Assembly: GCA_038858525.1 (NCBI GenBank)
Contig: JAWCFL010000013.1
Coordinates: 40,764 to 48,416, forward strand
DNA length: 7,653 nt
DNA from: Candidatus Jordarchaeales archaeon
Lineage (GTDB): Archaea > Asgardarchaeota > Jordiarchaeia > Jordiarchaeales > Freyrarchaeaceae
Reading direction: 5' to 3'
Part shown: in pieces, positions 6,235 to 7,653 of the stretch
Layout of the letters: the number at the start of each line of letters is the position of its first letter
How positions within the stretch are numbered: the stretch's first letter is position 1
The notes under the pieces: model-generated
Database searches by the model: none
Seen by the model: only the letters and a program-made list of their open reading frames with translations
Told to the model about the DNA's origin: nothing
Translations under genes and position numbers: made by a program

Positions 6235-7023
6235 TTACTTGGAGGAGAAGTCTTGTTTTTGGATGTTTTCAGCGTATTCCATCATCGCCTTCCAGTGCCG
6301 AAGCGTGTGGAATGATACTTTTAGCAGCCTTAGGTTTCCAAACTTATCGGCAGCCCTCTTCCTATACCTCTCGAAGCAACGTCTAAGTGAGCTGAGACTC
6401 CTATAATGACTAAATATTTTTCCCCGTTTCTGGGCAGCTTGTTCAACATAGCTATTACTTTTCCGTGATTTTGAAGGCTCCCGGGTGTCCCTTTTCCGGC
6501 ATTATGGTTACTATGCCGTTCTCGAGGTTTATGTTAACCGATGCTGAACCCATTTAAGGTTGAATATTTCCCACTTGCTCCCGTCTCTTTTGCCATTTGG
6601 AGAAAATTTGCTACATATTTATTGCATGAGGCTATGAGGTCATCAATTTCCCTCTCGAGCAGTATGAAGGGAAACTTCTTTGGAGGTTTATAAGACGGTC
6701 TCTCCCACTGAATACCGGCCCACCTGGCCCATAAGTCATATGTGTAAACCATTGCTTCCTTCCGGGCTTCGCTCCAGCTCTGGTTTGCGATAACTTCCTT
6801 CACGCTCTCTGGATCAAAGAGATTTGCGCCGAGCTTTATAAGGCTCCTTAGTCTTCTAACTCTATCAGTTATTGTGCTCTTATAAACCATCTTTCTTCAT
6901 CCACCAGAGGGAACTCTAGAATCTTACTCTGTATGTCGCCTGTTTTCTGTGTGGCCCCCGCAGCCCGGCTTTCTGCATCAGTCTCCTCCACTAGGGCCTG
7001 CACAGCCCGGCCAAGTTTTTCGC
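6235..7023 (-). pseudogene. Degraded tyrosine recombinase/site-specific integrase (archaeal XerD-like family), multiple frameshifts, C-terminally truncated
   Basis: Minus-strand fragments in different frames join into one integrase: AKNLA / ETDAESRAAGATQKTGDIQSKILEF / LWWMKKDG / YKSTITDRVRRLRSLIKLGANLFDPESVKEVIANQSWSEARKEAMVYTYDLW...KKFPFILLEREIDDLIASCNKYVANFLQMAKETGA / EIFNLKWV / NINLENGIVTIMPEKGHPGAFKITEK / IAMLNKLPRNG / KIFSHYRSLSSLRRCFERYRKRAADKFGNLRLLKVSFHTLRHWKAMMEY. The HxLRH motif is at 6295-6309. No LGH...T..Y segment follows. Confidence 0.85.
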
Positions 7024-7260
7024 CAGGTTCACTCCCCAACACGGTGGCTCCCTGTGAGGTTGCGCTGGGAGGCATATTCCGCAGGTGCTCAAAGCCAACC
7101 TCGATGGCTCTAATGTCAAGAAGTATACGTTGAGCAATGCCTAGGTCTTTCATCATAACATTATATTCGACTGGGAAATCGCCTATTAATGGTGGTTGTA
7201 GCAAAGAATTAATTCTAATAAGCCCACCCATTATATTCTGACGTTCCTCATTAATTTGGT

Positions 7261-7653
7261 TTAGATTGTGTCGGGTTTGATACGCGTTAAACCCGGCACT
7301 TTATCGTATGCTTTGTCGAATGAGATTATTTTTCTATCTAGGCTTAGTGCTGTCGCAGCATAGTGAGAATCGAAGAACGAGAGGTTTAATGTCTGCCTTA
7401 AATATACGCTTGCAACTGCTGTATCAGGGGTTAATGGCACATATTCTACATGCGGCAAAGCCGCCAAGGCCGCTAAGTCCCTCAGAAGCCTTTCTTCCAT
7501 CCTCTCGCTTCTATAAATTAGCTCCATTTCAATCAGGCTAACGCTTGAGATGTGAACACTTATCTCTCCTTCCTGAAGTTTCCTAAATATTCTCTCCGCA
7601 ATAGGGTGATTGGGATCATACTCGTTTAGATAGGCGAAGATAACGTCATTTTC
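7261..7653 (-). CDS. vapC: PIN-domain ribonuclease, VapC-family toxin; 5' end just outside the window
   Basis: The frame is open from the window edge: ENDVIFAYLNEYDPNHPIAERIFRKLQEGEISVHISSVSLIEMELIY...VPLTPDTAVASVYLRQTLNLSFFDSHYAATALSLDRKIISFDKAYDKVPGLTRI. Acidic PIN residues (END, E of LIEM, FFD, SFD) are present. The track ORF 7261..7527 is only the C-terminal part. Confidence 0.88.
   Translation of the reverse strand, partial: ENDVIFAYLNEYDPNHPIAERIFRKLQEGEISVHISSVSLIEMELIYRSERMEERLLRDLAALAALPHVEYVPLTPDTAVASVYLRQTLNLSFFDSHYAATALSLDRKIISFDKAYDKVPGLTRIKPDTI

Noticed and set aside
6101-6406. Plus-strand ORF of 101 aa; also 6933..7133 and 7308..7541
   Set aside because: Antisense to the integrase relic or vapC, with no independent support.
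6525-6560. Second BHB intron in the integrase at the KWV/NINLEN insert
   Set aside because: Only a weak GGGU/ACCU pairing with no inner or outer helix, and splicing there would delete conserved residues.
6869-7231. Stand-alone 120-aa minus-strand gene
   Set aside because: Its C-terminal part is the frameshifted N-terminus of the integrase (ESRAAGATQ...IQSKILEF). The rest lacks motifs.

Overview
Archaeal genomic window, judged from ATA/AGG-rich codons, TATA/BRE-like promoters and gene families. A solo Roadblock/LC7 gene and a Bathyarchaeia-style integrase relic hint at an Asgard/TACK lineage (inference). From left to right it holds: a partial minus-strand sugar-phosphate nucleotidyltransferase-hexapeptide-phosphomannomutase-like fusion (TTG start at 1651, absent from the ORF track); a small Zn-ribbon protein; a 4-hydroxybutyryl-CoA dehydratase (AbfD)-family Fe-S flavoprotein; a Roadblock/LC7 protein; a VAO/PCMH/GlcD-family FAD oxidoreductase; a heavily frameshifted tyrosine-integrase relic; and a partial PIN/VapC gene. 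The key observation is that the FAD oxidoreductase, split in the track into 4537..4935 and 5005..6039, is one gene. It is interrupted by a 24-nt in-frame insert that carries a TGA and folds into a canonical bulge-helix-bulge (3-4-3). Cleavage at the standard EndA positions removes 4925..4948 and restores a 492-aa ORF. This is a candidate archaeal mRNA intron in a metabolic gene, a phenomenon known mainly from crenarchaeal cbf5.
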